64,000 nucleotides of DNA, taken from NCBI RefSeq assembly GCF_009914755.1, contig NC_060948.1, one strand, 5' to 3'. Below, piece by piece: positions 63,553 to 64,000 of this stretch; the first letter of the stretch is position 1, and the number at the start of each line of letters is the position of its first letter. Both the position numbers and the translations under genes were made by a program. Source of the DNA: the human T2T-CHM13v2.0 reference genome, Homo sapiens. The notes under the pieces were generated by a model that ran no database searches, had not been told where the DNA came from, and was given only the letters and a program-made list of their open reading frames with translations.

Positions 63553-64000
63553 CTTTACGTTTTAGGGTACATATGCACAATATGCAGGTTAGTTACAAAT
63601 GTATAAATGTGCCAAGCTGGTGTGCTGCTTCCATTAACTCGTCATTTAGCATTAGGTATATCCCTAATGCTATCCCTCCCCCATCCCCCCACCCCACAAC
63701 AGTCCACAGAGTGTGATGTTCCCCTTCCTGTGTCCATGTGTTCTCATTGTTCAATTCCCACCTAAGAGTGAGAATATACGGTGTTTGGTTTTTTGTCCTT
63801 GAGATAGTTTGCTGAGAATGATGATTTCCAATTTCATCCATGTCCCTACAAAGGACATGAAGTCATAATTTTTTATGGCTGCAGAGTAATCCATGGTATA
63901 TATGTGCCACATTTTCTTAATCCAGTCTATCATTGTTGGACATTCGGGTTGGTTCCAAGTCTTTGCTATTGTGAATAGTGCCGCAATAAAAATACGTGTG
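63503..64000 (-). mobile_element. L1PA3-like 3' end with (TTA)n tail; continues beyond the window
   Basis: (TTA)~16 at 63503-63550 followed by antisense L1 3'UTR. Confidence 0.92.

Overview
This is primate, almost certainly human, AT-rich DNA made up nearly entirely of transposable-element remnants. I find no intact cellular gene, and the supplied ORFs are fragments of LINE-1, ERV, Alu or low-complexity sequence. The window holds a truncated ERV3/HERV-R-like pol-env fragment carrying two Alus (one with AluYa8 diagnostics). It also holds a 5.2-kb two-LTR HERV-H provirus with a tRNA-Phe-type PBS, two LTR13 (HML-4) solo LTRs, an LTR22 (HML-5) solo LTR nested in an Alu, several L1PA elements, MaLR LTRs and DNA-transposon fossils (Tigger3/MER7, MER2, MER44, MER47, MER20, MER85). 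The most informative hidden structure is a ~6.9-kb inversion (19566-26437). It cut an L1PA4-like and an L1PA7-like element and swapped their 5' halves. Support comes from subfamily switching at both junctions, a split and inverted TSD, and a split older host L1. Other local rearrangements are templated inverted insertions (36903-37071, 45617-45660), a perfect 82-bp tandem duplication and a twin-primed L1. Subfamily calls come from recalled consensus motifs and need RepeatMasker/Dfam confirmation. I see no evidence of a novel gene system.
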